Virus record (IMG/VR): IMGVR_UViG_3300012928_002819
Span: 1-26,771 of that record
Length of the DNA stretch: 26,771 nt
Strand: one strand, 5' to 3'
Origin: a virus
Lineage: Duplodnaviria > Caudoviricetes
Positions within the stretch are counted from its first letter, which is position 1, and each line of letters opens with the position of its first letter. Of this stretch, positions 26,362 to 26,771 are shown in pieces. A program made the translations under genes and the position numbers. Under the pieces are notes generated by a model. The model ran no database searches, was not told the DNA's origin, and saw only the letters and a program-made list of their open reading frames with translations.

Positions 26362-26398
26362 ACAAAATATTAACACTTATCCAAAAGTAGAGGTACAA

Positions 26399-26725
26399 AT
26401 GGAAATAAAATTACTAGCAGCCCCTCTCGATATGCCAGAGGCTATAGATTATATGGAAGAAGTACTCGATAAAGAGGATCCTCTATTTATAATGGTAAAT
26501 CTCAATCGATTACTAGAAGATGGATTCTCAGAGAAGCAGGTTAGAGAGTTTATCTCCGATATCTCGAAGGGTTCTTTAAACTCTATCCATTTAATGCAGC
26601 CCAAGGATAACGAGTTCTTCTACACTGATGAGTGGTTAGAGAGTCTCTACAGGGCTTGGGATACTCTCGAGAGGGTTATTTGGTGGCAGCCCTCTCACAT
26701 GGCAGAGGGCCCGCGAGAGGGCTAG
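26399..26725 (+). CDS. Hypothetical acidic protein
   Basis: 108 aa; GAGGTAC RBS at 26390-26396. Confidence 0.65.
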   Translation: MEIKLLAAPLDMPEAIDYMEEVLDKEDPLFIMVNLNRLLEDGFSEKQVREFISDISKGSLNSIHLMQPKDNEFFYTDEWLESLYRAWDTLERVIWWQPSHMAEGPREG

Positions 26726-26771
26726 GCTATGGGCATGTGTACCTAGGCTACCCCCCCCGCACTGCACTCAC

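Noticed and set aside
26726-26771. C-run and GCACT repeat as a possible pac/cos site
   Set aside because: Truncated by the window edge; no terminal repeat with the window start is visible

Overview
Near-complete genome of a small (~27 kb visible) tailed dsDNA phage with siphovirus-type gene order. Almost all genes are on the + strand. The order is: XRE-HTH, large terminase, portal, scaffold, head decoration/fibre genes, major capsid, head-tail connectors, tail tube, tail chaperone with an unannotated -1 frameshift extension, tape measure, tail-tip proteins, amidase endolysin and holin-like gene. A divergent early region follows with four more XRE-HTH proteins, RusA, an N6/N4 DNA methyltransferase, a split primase plus VapE-type helicase, an inverted-iteron origin-like locus and a cluster of very basic small proteins. 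I saw no integrase, DNA polymerase, tRNA or CRISPR array. Most notable signals: (1) nine gene starts share an extended RBS GAGGTAC, and a hairpin just before the terminator at ~6.1 kb exposes its exact complement (ATGTACCTCC), a candidate anti-RBS regulatory RNA; (2) unusual oligonucleotide usage, with GATC/CTAG/CCGG enriched and GRCG/CGYC nearly absent in hand-counted samples. All calls come from reading motifs by eye; no database searches were run.
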